Shown: piece after piece, positions 47,140-57,246 of the stretch
Numbering within the stretch: position 1 is the stretch's first letter
Layout of the letters: every line of letters starts with the position of its first letter
From: Candidatus Bathyarchaeota archaeon
GTDB taxonomy: Archaea; Thermoproteota; Bathyarchaeia; Bathyarchaeales; Bathycorpusculaceae
DNA length: 64,000 nt
Reading direction: 5' to 3'
NCBI GenBank assembly: GCA_963828195.1
Contig: CAWHDT010000001.1
Coordinates: 288,001 to 352,000, forward strand
Made by a program: the position numbers and the translations under genes
Notes under the pieces: model-generated
Seen by the model: the letters and a program-made list of their open reading frames with translations, nothing else
What the model was told of the DNA's origin: nothing
Databases searched by the model: none

Positions 47140-47739
47140 ATGAATTCTAAAACTTTAATCGAAACAGGTTTCTGCGAATGGGTCCCGCTGAAAACGTTAA
47201 CAGTGTCAAATTTGCCTTCAGATAAAGGTAGTGTCATCGTGATTGTGGATAAAGAGCTATCTGGAAAACCAGAATCAGATATTCTATACATAGGGCGAAC
47301 AAAAAAACCCGCTAAAAGAATTATGGGCGGGTATTTGGCAGGGTATGGTGGAAAAAACACCCAGAAAATCAACCAAATGCTTTTCGACGAAGGTTACATA
47401 GAAAAAGCCGCCATAAGCTGGATCGTAACCGACAAACCAAGAATCATGCAGGAAGAGCTGCTTGCCAAATTCAAAGAAGATCATGGTGGCTTTCCAATTT
47501 GGAACGCCAAAAAGAAACTCAACGTTAAGCCTGAAAAAGCTCCAGTTCTAAAGCCTAAAGCCGCTCCGAAAGCTAAAGCTGCTCCAGCAAAAGTCGTTCC
47601 AAAACCAAAGATTGCGTCAGCAAAGAAACCCGCGGCAAAAAAGGAAACCCCAACTAAAGCCGAGATGGATAGCAAAGGGGAAACTGTCCCAGAAACGCCC
47701 GAAAAGGCAAAAACTTCAGATACTCAAATGGCAACTTAA
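47140..47739 (+). CDS. GIY-YIG-like domain with a Lys/Ala/Pro-rich histone-H1-like tail
   Basis: ILYIGRT motif, E...PIWN ending, KPKAAPKAKAAPAK tail. Confidence 0.55.
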   Translation: MNSKTLIETGFCEWVPLKTLTVSNLPSDKGSVIVIVDKELSGKPESDILYIGRTKKPAKRIMGGYLAGYGGKNTQKINQMLFDEGYIEKAAISWIVTDKPRIMQEELLAKFKEDHGGFPIWNAKKKLNVKPEKAPVLKPKAAPKAKAAPAKVVPKPKIASAKKPAAKKETPTKAEMDSKGETVPETPEKAKTSDTQMAT

Positions 47740-47967
47740 AACCAAGGCTCTCCGCCAACTCTCTTTTTCCTCCCTTTTTCTTTGGGGAAAGTGAGCGTCC
47801 TACTCTTTCAAGAGCCGTTTTTTAAATATGACCATTATTTTTTTGCCGGTTAGAATAGAATACCCGTTTGGTCTGTTTTTAGTTTGTTGCTTAGTTGACT
47901 TACCGCACTCTTAGACACAGTAGCTATTATTAGGCGGCGCAGCTTATTTTCAGTGAGGCTGTTTTAA

Positions 47968-48870
47968 TTGTCGATGGATTCGGAAGATTTCAAGGTGCCG
48001 ACTGGAAAAAAGATTAGTTTAAAGGATTTTGATCCTGCTTGGATTCCGAAATGGGCTGAGAAAAAGGAAGCTGAAGAGGGCAAAAAAGCAACAAAAGATC
48101 AGGGGTCAGCTATTCTTGAGGCGAACAGGCAGAAACTCGTTGAGATGCAGGCGCTGTTTTGGGCAAGTCACACCTATGCTATACTGATTATTCTGCAGGG
48201 GATGGATGCAGCGGGAAAAGACGGTACGATAAGTCATGTGCTGTCCGGAGTTAACCCTCAGGGCTGCCAAGTTACGGCTTTTAAACAGCCGTCTGAGGAA
48301 GAACTGAACCATGATTTCTTATGGCGCAACGCTAAAGCTCTTCCAGAAAGGGGGATCATCGGAATTTTTAACCGATCGTATTATGAAGATGTGTTGATTG
48401 TTAAGGTGCGCCCGGAGGTTTTGGGACGAGAAAAGCTGCCGTTTGAAGCCGAAGGAACGGCGTTTTGGGATCAGCGGTACGAGGATATTAACATGTTTGA
48501 GCGGCACCTAATTCGAAGCGGCACAGTGGTCTTGAAGTTTTTCTTGAATGTTTCAAAAGACGAGCAAAAGCAGCGTTTCCTCAAACGGCTGGAAGATCCC
48601 ACAAAAAACTGGAAGTTTTCGCCAACTGACCTGTCCGAACGCTCTAAATGGGCTGATTACATGGATGCGTACGAAGACATGGTTAATGAAACCAACACAA
48701 AATGGGCACCGTGGTACATTATTCCCGCGGACAAAAAATGGGTTACCCATGCCTCGGTGTCTGAGGTTATAGTTTCGCAAATCGCTAAGCTGGATTTGAA
48801 ATATCCCGCATTGAGCAAAGAGCAGAAGGAAGCTTTGGAAAAGGCTAAGGCTGAACTGGAAAAAGAATAA
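47968..48870 (+). CDS. ppk2: Polyphosphate kinase 2 (class III-like)
   Basis: QGMDAAGKDG, FKQPS.EE..HDFLWR, FNRSYYEDVL, KNWKFS, APWYIIPADKK. Confidence 0.93.
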   Translation: MSMDSEDFKVPTGKKISLKDFDPAWIPKWAEKKEAEEGKKATKDQGSAILEANRQKLVEMQALFWASHTYAILIILQGMDAAGKDGTISHVLSGVNPQGCQVTAFKQPSEEELNHDFLWRNAKALPERGIIGIFNRSYYEDVLIVKVRPEVLGREKLPFEAEGTAFWDQRYEDINMFERHLIRSGTVVLKFFLNVSKDEQKQRFLKRLEDPTKNWKFSPTDLSERSKWADYMDAYEDMVNETNTKWAPWYIIPADKKWVTHASVSEVIVSQIAKLDLKYPALSKEQKEALEKAKAELEKE

Positions 48871-48901
48871 AACAAAAACAGTGCATTTGGAGGCTGCCTA
48901 T

Positions 48902-50485
48902 TTACTGGGCACTCTGCGTAACCGTGCATTTAGCCTCTAGCTGCTTCTCGAAGGCTTCATAGAAAGCCTGCCGATTCTGTATGATGCTCCACTCTTCAAG
49001 GCTGCAGTCAGAGTCTGAGCAAAACGAAAGCAGTATCTGGTCTTTGTTGACTTTGACGAATTCTACGTTCTTTACTAGTCCGCTGTGGCTTCGATCAAGC
49101 TTTTCTGCGAATCGGAGAAACGTTGAAAGAATGGCGATAGTCTCGTTGGTTTTTTCGTCTAGTCCTGTGATTTTCAACGCTTTTTTGGAAGGTAACTTTT
49201 TCCTGTGGAAACGTGCTATGTTAGCTATTATCTGGATTTCTTTTGGGTCAAAACCAAGAAGCTCAGCGTGGCAAATGATATAGTGGGAATGAAGCTGATG
49301 ATCGTTAAAAGATAGAAAATCGCCGACATCATGCAATGTTGCAGCATGCTTCAAGAGCTCTTTCTCCGTCTCACCCAGATTGTGTAGCCCAATTTTTTTT
49401 GCGCTATCAAAAAGCTGCAGCGCCAAAGAAGCCACAGTTTCCGAGTGTTTCTCATCAAAGTTGCATGATCTGCCTAAATGCAAAACGCTTCTGTTCCTCA
49501 TAGGCGCCTTTTGTAGCTGTCGGAAGCCCTTAAACTTCGATAAATATTCAACAAGCAGACCATCCCGCAGTTCTCTGTGAGTGATGCAGATTTCTTCCAA
49601 ACCGAACTCTTCCATGATCGCCTCAATTATGGCTGCTCCGGCAATTAAGATGTCAGCTCGATAAGGGTTAATTGCAGGTAGTTTTTTTCTTTCTTCAAGA
49701 GGAAGCGAGTAGAGAATCGGCGCTAACTTTTTGAGGTTCTTCCTTGATAGAGTGAGAACGCCTCCGTTGCCGTTTTTCTTGAAAAGTTTGTTGGCGATTT
49801 CCGCGAGGTTTATGACTGTGCCTGAGGAACCCCACGCCCGCCTGACGCCGTACTTGAGGACTCTTGCTTTAACCGCATGGACCTTTTGGCTAGAGTAATT
49901 TTTTATTTCCTCGTACACGCCGCTTTCTATGGGTCCAGTCCAGCCTTCGCCGATGAATTGAGATGTCAGCCTAATTGCCCCCAACTTAAGACTGTTCACG
50001 TAAAAGCATTCATGCTGATTTCCAATGGCAATTTCGGTGCTGCCGCCGCCTAAATCTATGAAAATAGCTTTTTCTTCGCCTATGTCTATTCCGCTTGAAA
50101 CGCCCAGCCAAATCAAGCGGGCTTCTTCTTGTCCCGAAATCACATCTACTTTGAGTCCTGTTTCCTTGAAAAGTTTCTGAAGAAACTCCGATCGGTTTAG
50201 CGCTTCCCGAATGGCTGAGGTTCCCACGGCTATTATTTCAGTGGCGCCATAAGTTTTGGCTAAGTCAGCGAATTTTCCACAGACAAAAATGGCGCGTTCC
50301 ATGGCTTCTGGTCTTAGTATGCTGTCTTTGAATTCTTGTTCGCCGAGTCTGATAACTTCTTTTTCTTGGCTGATGATAGTGTAAGAGAAATTAGGGTTTA
50401 TCCTCACTACTAAAAGGCGCACTGCGTTTGTTCCAATGTCGACGAACCCGACTACGTTTCCAACAGTTTTCACCGTTGCTTCCAT
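48902..50485 (-). CDS. ppx: Exopolyphosphatase Ppx/GppA with a C-terminal HD domain
   Basis: DIGTNAVRL, TSAIREALN, ISGQEEARL, DLGGGSTE, RADIL, LRDG, LHDVG. Confidence 0.93.
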   Translation of the reverse strand: MEATVKTVGNVVGFVDIGTNAVRLLVVRINPNFSYTIISQEKEVIRLGEQEFKDSILRPEAMERAIFVCGKFADLAKTYGATEIIAVGTSAIREALNRSEFLQKLFKETGLKVDVISGQEEARLIWLGVSSGIDIGEEKAIFIDLGGGSTEIAIGNQHECFYVNSLKLGAIRLTSQFIGEGWTGPIESGVYEEIKNYSSQKVHAVKARVLKYGVRRAWGSSGTVINLAEIANKLFKKNGNGGVLTLSRKNLKKLAPILYSLPLEERKKLPAINPYRADILIAGAAIIEAIMEEFGLEEICITHRELRDGLLVEYLSKFKGFRQLQKAPMRNRSVLHLGRSCNFDEKHSETVASLALQLFDSAKKIGLHNLGETEKELLKHAATLHDVGDFLSFNDHQLHSHYIICHAELLGFDPKEIQIIANIARFHRKKLPSKKALKITGLDEKTNETIAILSTFLRFAEKLDRSHSGLVKNVEFVKVNKDQILLSFCSDSDCSLEEWSIIQNRQAFYEAFEKQLEAKCTVTQSAQ

Positions 50486-52809
50486 GATAGCACCATTTTT
50501 CTATTGAAGACCGTTTCAAACAAATCCTTCTTTGTATTAAAAGTCTGCTCTTCCAAAATCGATTCAGTTTCCGATGTGCACTCCACAAGCACTTTTTTGG
50601 CATCCGTCTTGATGTTTAAACTTTTCACGTTTGACTGGTGCGTGCAGTCTAAGCCGTCTGCAACACGGAGAAGACTAGCCAAAATCTTTACTTTATGGAT
50701 GTTTGCGCGGTCCAATGTTGCAAGGTTGTAATGTTTCAATTTGGGTAAACCTTTGCGGTGGTATCGCGCTATGCTCGCCACAACACGTCTTTCCTGAGAT
50801 GTGAATGGCAACCGCGTATCATTGAGAATAAGCTTGGCTGACACCTTATGGTGCCCCCCTCTAGCTTTAGATAAGCCTACATCATGCAGAATTGCGGCGC
50901 ATTCCAGCCAGCACCGTTCCCGCTCGCCCAACTGATGAAGGCTAATTAAACCGTCAAAGAACTCTAAAGCAAGCCGCGTAACCTGCATGTAGTGGTCAGT
51001 ATCTTGCCAGTAGCTTTTCGAAATCTTCTCAGAAGCTTCTGCATTTTCTTTGCAGTTTTGAACCATGGCATTCCTTTTGAGGCCGTCTTCCTCCAAAATA
51101 GTATCGAGGGATACGCCGCGCAGCAGCATCTGGGAGAAGCTTTCAGGCAACCCTTTTCTTCTAAGCGCATCAGCGGCAGACTCGACATCGTAGTTTAACC
51201 GAATCAACTCTACATTCAGGGGGTTAAAGCTCAAGATCGCATAAGCCGTCTGAGGATTTCCGTCTCCGGGTCTTCCCACACTTCCAGGATTGACGAAATA
51301 AACTTCGTCTGCCGCCCTCATAAATTGATCATGCGAATGCCCAATGATTATCACATCAGCTTTAGCGGAGTCTGCTAGAACTTTCAGCTGCTCAACCGGC
51401 GTATCATGGTAAATATGCTCTTCAATCGACCGTGGACTCCCATGTGTCACAAACAGTTTTTTACCTGCTACCTTAAGCCTAAGTTCATGAGGAAGAGACC
51501 GCAAATAGCCTTCACATGACTTTGCCAACTCTTTTCTGGCAAATTCCAAAGCTATTTGTTTTTCGCCTTTAGCTTTGGTTTTTCCCCCAATAACTTCTAA
51601 ATCGTAGTTACCAACGATGCTCAACACATTTTTCTCGCATAACAGCTCTATGACTTCATTTGGGTAAGGACCGAACCCTACCGAGTCACCCGCATTCAGA
51701 AAAATTTTTACTCCTCTTACCTCAGCATCTTCAAATACTTTTTCCAAGGCTTGCAGGTTAGCATGAGCATCTGACAAAACTGCGATTTTAACGTCGGGAT
51801 CTGCCAATAACTGTTTTGTCTTTGCCTTAGTCATGGTTAATCCAGCGTCGGTTGTTTTTCTAAGATTAACAAAAAAGTTGCTGTTCATATTTCTATTCCA
51901 AAGACGAACGAATTGGTTGTAGTGTTTTCTTCTCTGTTCTTTTATATAGGATAAAAATTTTAAAAGAGCCTTCTCAAATTTTGACGCTTCTTCTTTTTTG
52001 TTTCCACTGGATTTTATTTTGGCTTTTGCCTTGTCAATGAATTTAGGTATATAATCTGCCCAGACGTCGCAGTCATGCATTTCTCCCAGAACATCTTGAA
52101 AAGCGGTTATTGTTTCTAACTCTTTTGCGAGTTCGTTTTTGTATAATGGCGCGAACGCCTCCATAGTGTAACGGAGTTTCTTGGCGTATATTCTCATTTC
52201 ATGGTGCTTTAGCTTTTTATTTTCCAAGTGCACGTATTTTTCCATCGATAAAAAATCGTCCAGCCTGAAAGATATGTACCAATGAGCCCTTTCCAGCACC
52301 TGATCAGAATCAAAAATAGCGTTTGATTGTTCTGTAATAGTTTCTTCACATAACCTGCGAATTTTCTGCAAGATGTTTGATTCTTCCAGGTTCCCTAAAC
52401 CATCGACAACTGCTGATTGAATGGTTTTTCTGTGGTCTTGACGCTCATTTAACAGTATTTCCAAGCATTCTTTTTCATCTGTAGACTTCAGTTTTTCAAT
52501 GTACTGCTCCATAAAAGCTATTTGAACATCAAAGTCTCTAGCGTCCGCAAGTAGACGCGTGACTTTTTTTAGTTGGTTTGTCCACTTTTTGAATTCTTCG
52601 TCGGAAAAGCAGAATCTGAAAAGCGGAAGCGCAGCCCGAAGCCTGCGTGAAGTGACTCGCATTTTATGGACATATTCAATGTCGTCGCTTCCTTTCACAC
52701 CCTCAATTTGGTCTTCAAAAACTGGGAGAAGTTTTAGGAGCGTTTCAGAGCCGAATTTACAGTAACTTGTGTCGTTTGGGCATGTTCGCGTCTTAACTGG
52801 ATCGTTCAT
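50470..52809 (-). CDS. CHAD + YfcE-like metallophosphoesterase + HD tri-domain protein (intact)
   Basis: VHKMRVTSRRLR, HEMRIYAKKLRY, QDVLGEMHD; SDAHAN, GDSVG, GNYD, THGS, GHSH, NPGSVG; LHDVG, ARYHRK. Confidence 0.88.
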   Translation of the reverse strand: MNDPVKTRTCPNDTSYCKFGSETLLKLLPVFEDQIEGVKGSDDIEYVHKMRVTSRRLRAALPLFRFCFSDEEFKKWTNQLKKVTRLLADARDFDVQIAFMEQYIEKLKSTDEKECLEILLNERQDHRKTIQSAVVDGLGNLEESNILQKIRRLCEETITEQSNAIFDSDQVLERAHWYISFRLDDFLSMEKYVHLENKKLKHHEMRIYAKKLRYTMEAFAPLYKNELAKELETITAFQDVLGEMHDCDVWADYIPKFIDKAKAKIKSSGNKKEEASKFEKALLKFLSYIKEQRRKHYNQFVRLWNRNMNSNFFVNLRKTTDAGLTMTKAKTKQLLADPDVKIAVLSDAHANLQALEKVFEDAEVRGVKIFLNAGDSVGFGPYPNEVIELLCEKNVLSIVGNYDLEVIGGKTKAKGEKQIALEFARKELAKSCEGYLRSLPHELRLKVAGKKLFVTHGSPRSIEEHIYHDTPVEQLKVLADSAKADVIIIGHSHDQFMRAADEVYFVNPGSVGRPGDGNPQTAYAILSFNPLNVELIRLNYDVESAADALRRKGLPESFSQMLLRGVSLDTILEEDGLKRNAMVQNCKENAEASEKISKSYWQDTDHYMQVTRLALEFFDGLISLHQLGERERCWLECAAILHDVGLSKARGGHHKVSAKLILNDTRLPFTSQERRVVASIARYHRKGLPKLKHYNLATLDRANIHKVKILASLLRVADGLDCTHQSNVKSLNIKTDAKKVLVECTSETESILEEQTFNTKKDLFETVFNRKMVLSWKQR

Positions 52810-54913
52810 TCCAGATGCCTCTGTGCTGAATGAGCCACGCTTGAGAGTTGATGATTTTTTCGCCGTCTTTAGGAGTAACTCTCTCGTATGTTCCGTCGGG
52901 CAGTAATCGTCTTGCTTTTACGTTGTCGTGAAGGTGGATTTTAAGCATGTATTCAAGGATAGCGCGGCGCAGCTGAGGGTCAGGCACTGACATGAGAACC
53001 TCGATTCTTTCGTTAAGATTTCTAAACATCATGTCTGAGCTGCCGATAAGAACTTCCTCTTCAGCATCATCATGGAAGTAGTAGATTCGGGCGTGTTCAA
53101 GGAACCTTCCCACAATGGATATCACTGAAATGTTATCGCTTATTCCTTTTACACCAGGTCTTAAGCAGCATAAGCCTCTGACGTTGAGATCAATCTTGAT
53201 TCCCGCCATCGACGCCCTATACAAGGCTTGAATAACTTCCGTTTCTTCCAAGTTGTTAAGTTTAAAAGCTAAGTAGCCCTTGCCTGTTTTCTGGTGAAAA
53301 CTTATTTCCCTGTCAATTCGGCGGAGAATTTCGCTCTTCAACGTTTTAGGCGCCACAAGAAGATGGTTGAATTCTTTTTCCTGAAGCCCATTTATAATTA
53401 TGTTGAAGAGATCTTCAAGTTCAGCTCCCACTTCGGGGTTAGCGGTTAAATAGCCTATGTCCCCGTAGATTTTCGCTGTAACTGCATTATAGTTCCCCGA
53501 CCCTATGTGCGCATATCTTACCAGTTTATCTTTTTCTTTTCTGACGATTAAGCAGAGTTTTGCATGAACCTTAAAATTGGGGAAATTATAAACGGTGTTT
53601 ACCCCGCCCTGCCTTAATTTTGAAACAAGAAGGATATTGTTTTCTTCATCAAATTTAGCTTTCAACTCAACTATTGCAGTTACTTTTTTGCCTTTCTCGG
53701 CAGCCTCTATCAATGCGCCAACAACAGGCGAGTTGTGATCCATCCGATACATTGTTATGCAGATTTCCAAAACATCGCTGTCCCGAGCAGCCTCTTTAAG
53801 CAGATCAACAATTACTTCAAACCCGTCGTAGGGGTGGTATAAGACGAAGTCTTGTTTGTCGATTGTTGCAAACATATCTTTCTCAGGGGTCAGAAGTGGC
53901 GAAATGCAAGGGAGAAAACTTTTGTCTTTAAGGTCGGGGCGATTTATTTTCAGCATTTGCCAGAGATCCACCAACCCGAGGGGTCCATCAAACTCGTAAA
54001 TTAAGTACTCTGGCAAGCCTAATGATGTAGCTATTTCTTCTTTAATTTCTGCAGGCACTTTTCTTTCAAATTCTAGCCTGCTTGGGAGCCCGGCCTTTCT
54101 TGTTGACAGACTCTTCTTAACTGAATTGAGGAAGTCTGCTGACTCATCCATGAGGATGTTTATTTCTCCATTTCGTGTGAGTCTAAACTGGTACGCCGTC
54201 AGGTTTTTTTCGTTAGGAAAAACCAAGTCTAAATTGTTTACCATTAAATCTTCAACGAAGACAAAGTTATACTCTATTTCCTGGCTGTACACGCTCTTCG
54301 GGATTCTTATAAGCCTTCCAAAATCTTCGGTTGGGACATCAACTAAGCAGCAAAAATCTTGTTTAGCAAAACCTGAAACATAGAGCGTTACGTGAAGATT
54401 CTCCACTGCTCCATCCTCGAGACCTTTCCTGTTTGTTCTGACAAGCGGAAGAATGGAGTGCTGAAAGAAGTCGCGAAGGTTTTTTTTGTCTTTTTCTCCT
54501 AACTGATTAAATTTCCAAATGTAGATTTTTTCTTTCGCCAATGCAGGAAGAAGTTCGTTTCTCCAGCAGTCGGCATGCCCTTCAATTAAGGGCAATATTT
54601 CTTTTCTTGTAGCTTCAATCTGCTCGACGGATGTCCTTCCATCCATGGATTTTTCTTCGGATCCTGCCCTAACTTTTTTCATAAGCCTTGGAATTCGCGT
54701 CATGAAGAATTCATCAAGGTTGCTGCCGCAGATGGCGATGAATTTTACCCTCTCAAGAAGAGGATGCCACAGGTCTTGTGCTTCCTCAAGGACGCGTTTG
54801 TTAAATCTTATCCAGCTTAGTTCTCTGTTAATGTAGTAGCTTGGGTTGTCAAGTATTTTTTTTGGATTTAAAGAATTGTTTTCTTCTGAAGCAAGAGTGT
54901 TTGGAGCCGACAA
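52793..54913 (-). CDS. ppk1: Polyphosphate kinase 1
   Basis: NRELSW..FN.RVL, SNLDEFFM.R, HPY, ELKAKFDEENN, KVHAK, GNYN, RGLCCLRPG, SIVGRFLEHAR. Confidence 0.96.
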   Translation of the reverse strand: MSAPNTLASEENNSLNPKKILDNPSYYINRELSWIRFNKRVLEEAQDLWHPLLERVKFIAICGSNLDEFFMTRIPRLMKKVRAGSEEKSMDGRTSVEQIEATRKEILPLIEGHADCWRNELLPALAKEKIYIWKFNQLGEKDKKNLRDFFQHSILPLVRTNRKGLEDGAVENLHVTLYVSGFAKQDFCCLVDVPTEDFGRLIRIPKSVYSQEIEYNFVFVEDLMVNNLDLVFPNEKNLTAYQFRLTRNGEINILMDESADFLNSVKKSLSTRKAGLPSRLEFERKVPAEIKEEIATSLGLPEYLIYEFDGPLGLVDLWQMLKINRPDLKDKSFLPCISPLLTPEKDMFATIDKQDFVLYHPYDGFEVIVDLLKEAARDSDVLEICITMYRMDHNSPVVGALIEAAEKGKKVTAIVELKAKFDEENNILLVSKLRQGGVNTVYNFPNFKVHAKLCLIVRKEKDKLVRYAHIGSGNYNAVTAKIYGDIGYLTANPEVGAELEDLFNIIINGLQEKEFNHLLVAPKTLKSEILRRIDREISFHQKTGKGYLAFKLNNLEETEVIQALYRASMAGIKIDLNVRGLCCLRPGVKGISDNISVISIVGRFLEHARIYYFHDDAEEEVLIGSSDMMFRNLNERIEVLMSVPDPQLRRAILEYMLKIHLHDNVKARRLLPDGTYERVTPKDGEKIINSQAWLIQHRGIWNERSS

Positions 54914-55279
54914 GAACTTCTACCTTAATATTTTCGTTAAGAACAAGTATATATGTTTTAAAAATAGGATTCGTGACTTGTCAAATGATCTTTGTAAAAA
55001 ACAATGCTTTGCTTGACCCGAATTATTTGCTTTCAGCGGTCGTGCTTCCTTGGTAAATCAGATGATTCAACGCATTTTGTTTTGCGAACTGCAAATGTTT
55101 CATATTCGAAGAGGGGAATTTTTTTGTGCATGTTGCGTTACCAATATTTAATTTGAATGGATGTTGTCATTAAGGACTCCGAAAATAGAATATATAGTTA
55201 TAAATAGGGTACATAGTTAGGGGGATAAACAACTCCGCTGAACGCGGCTCATTTATCAACAAACAGCCACGTCCTGCTC

Positions 55280-55840
55280 TTAGATTGACGAATTTGCGCA
55301 TATTTTAGTTTTTTTCTTTTTAAAGGAATAATGGCTGATTAATTCATCAGTAGACCATGGCAGGCAGTCTTTGGCTTGAAACCCTAAAACCGCAGCGTAT
55401 TTGTGGATTAAATCGATGTTTTCGGATTCAATTTCCAGAAGTTCAGGGATGTATCCATAGTTGCCTTTGTAGCAGTCAATATCGAAACGGGTGTGGTCGA
55501 TTATGTAGCTGACTCTGTGTTTCTCCATACTTTCAGTTACCGATAAGCCTATATTTTCCAAGATTTTCTTCATCGTTTCCAGATTTGAAACGTCAACAGA
55601 ATACTCTTCAGCCAGTTTGGCTGTTTCTGTAATATGGACTTTTTTGTATGTTAATTCGATCTTGTCTTGTTCTTTCCTTAAGCGTAACACGTTTTTTGCT
55701 TTATTTATTGTGGCACCTTTGAAGTCAAAAAATAATGTTAGGATATCGTCGTCGAAAATTTTTTTGGCGCCTGAGCTGGCAAGGGTTTCTTCGATTTTTT
55801 TTCTGTTGACTTCTAAAATTTTGACTTCCAGTTCTTTCAT
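55280..55840 (-). CDS. CYTH/TTM-domain protein (CyaB-like)
   Basis: ELEVK (ExExK), LRLRK, LTYK, EKHR, LEIE. Confidence 0.88.
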   Translation of the reverse strand: MKELEVKILEVNRKKIEETLASSGAKKIFDDDILTLFFDFKGATINKAKNVLRLRKEQDKIELTYKKVHITETAKLAEEYSVDVSNLETMKKILENIGLSVTESMEKHRVSYIIDHTRFDIDCYKGNYGYIPELLEIESENIDLIHKYAAVLGFQAKDCLPWSTDELISHYSFKKKKTKICANSSI

Positions 55841-56098
55841 AAACTTTAAGAAAGCTTTTGAGGGTTAAAAGTTTGTGTTTTTGTAAAGCCTCTTCTGATT
55901 TTTGAGGGTGGTTGTCTATTCTTAAAAAACTGAGAATTTGATGTTTTGGCGGCTTAGGCGAATTGCATTGATTTTATAGTAACGCGGGTTGGTTGTTTGA
56001 TGACTTGGTGATCTAGTCCGCAGACTGGGCAGAAAACTATTTCGTAGTTGGAGAAGTTTTCTGGGTATACATCGAATTTTTTTTCGCACCCAACGCAT

Positions 56099-56356
56099 TT
56101 AACTTTCAACTATTGTCACCTCACTTAGTTCGAGCGGATGGGCTCTTTCAATTTGATTAAATTCAAAATATTCGAGCAGAAGCGCCTGGCCTTTTCTGAA
56201 AGTCATGAAGTTGACACCGCATATTGGACATGACACCAACTGGTATTCGTCAACAGGGTCAAACTCGAAAGTTTCTTTGCAGCCTGGGCATGTGAAAGTT
56301 ATCGACGTATTCAATTTTTGCATTTGCTTACGCTCTCTCAGTAAATACTTTAACAT
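56099..56356 (-). CDS. Small zinc-ribbon protein (LysW-like fold without the EDWGE tail)
   Basis: CPGC...VSCPICG. Confidence 0.6.
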   Translation of the reverse strand: MLKYLLRERKQMQKLNTSITFTCPGCKETFEFDPVDEYQLVSCPICGVNFMTFRKGQALLLEYFEFNQIERAHPLELSEVTIVES

Positions 56357-56527
56357 GGAACCAATTAAGAAATGCCTTAGTAGTTTTTGTTAACTATATA
56401 GATTCTTCCCTGTTTCTATACTGTTTAATTGCTTTCCGAAAGTAACTTTGCCTTTTCCTCGTAAATTAATAAGGAATCTGTGAAAAAATCTTAACTTCAG
56501 TCTTGCACTTGAAAAAAAATCTACTTT

Positions 56528-56644
56528 TTAATTTGCTTTATCCTGTTGGCCACAATTAATGCACTTACGTGTACCGTCCACTTCTATCCTAAACCATCTG
56601 CTGCCACACTTGCATGGAGCGTCACGCATTGTACAGGTACTCAT
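56528..56644 (-). CDS. Putative 38-aa zinc-finger microprotein (not in ORF track)
   Basis: MSTCTMRDAPCKCGSRWFRIEVDGTRKCINCGQQDKAN*. Confidence 0.5.
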   Translation of the reverse strand: MSTCTMRDAPCKCGSRWFRIEVDGTRKCINCGQQDKAN

Positions 56645-57246
56645 GTCCTGCACTTGATTAACTCGAAACACATAAAGTCTCTTAACATAAACTAACAAAA
56701 AAATTAGTGACTATATAGAAAACGTCGGAAGTTTGCGCATATTTTTAGGCTTTTCATAAAAGCGAACTTATTTGTTGCATTTATAAACGAAGCTTTAAGT
56801 AAATTTTTCAAATCAAAATGAAGCTTAAATCCCTTTGGTCTGAAATTTTGCCTAATTGGAGAAAGATTATTTTTGCCCTTCGCACACTAAATAGATTTTG
56901 CAGAAACTATTGCAGCAACGTTTTCTATATCGGCAAGTGTCAAATACGGATTGCCTTATAGAATAGACTTGGAGAAAAAGGAGAAGGCTGAGTGAGCAAG
57001 AGTTCCATTACCTTTACGCCATTTTTAATTTTGGTAATGGCAACTTTTCCTCACTTTTAGGGGAACGTCCAATCATTTTTTGGTAAGATGAAAGCGGCGG
57101 TTTTTCCTTTTTTTGTACGGACTAATAAGACTTGAATGATGCGTTTTCAACCGTGTTTGAATTGAATTCTAAATAGTTTTCAAAAAATCTTGTAGCCGCA
57201 TGTTTTCTATGGCGAAAGGTGTTTTATACTTCCTCCATAGCCCAGC

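Noticed and set aside
56099-56356. LysW carrier protein
   Set aside because: Lacks the C-terminal EDWGE motif and there are no lys/arg genes nearby
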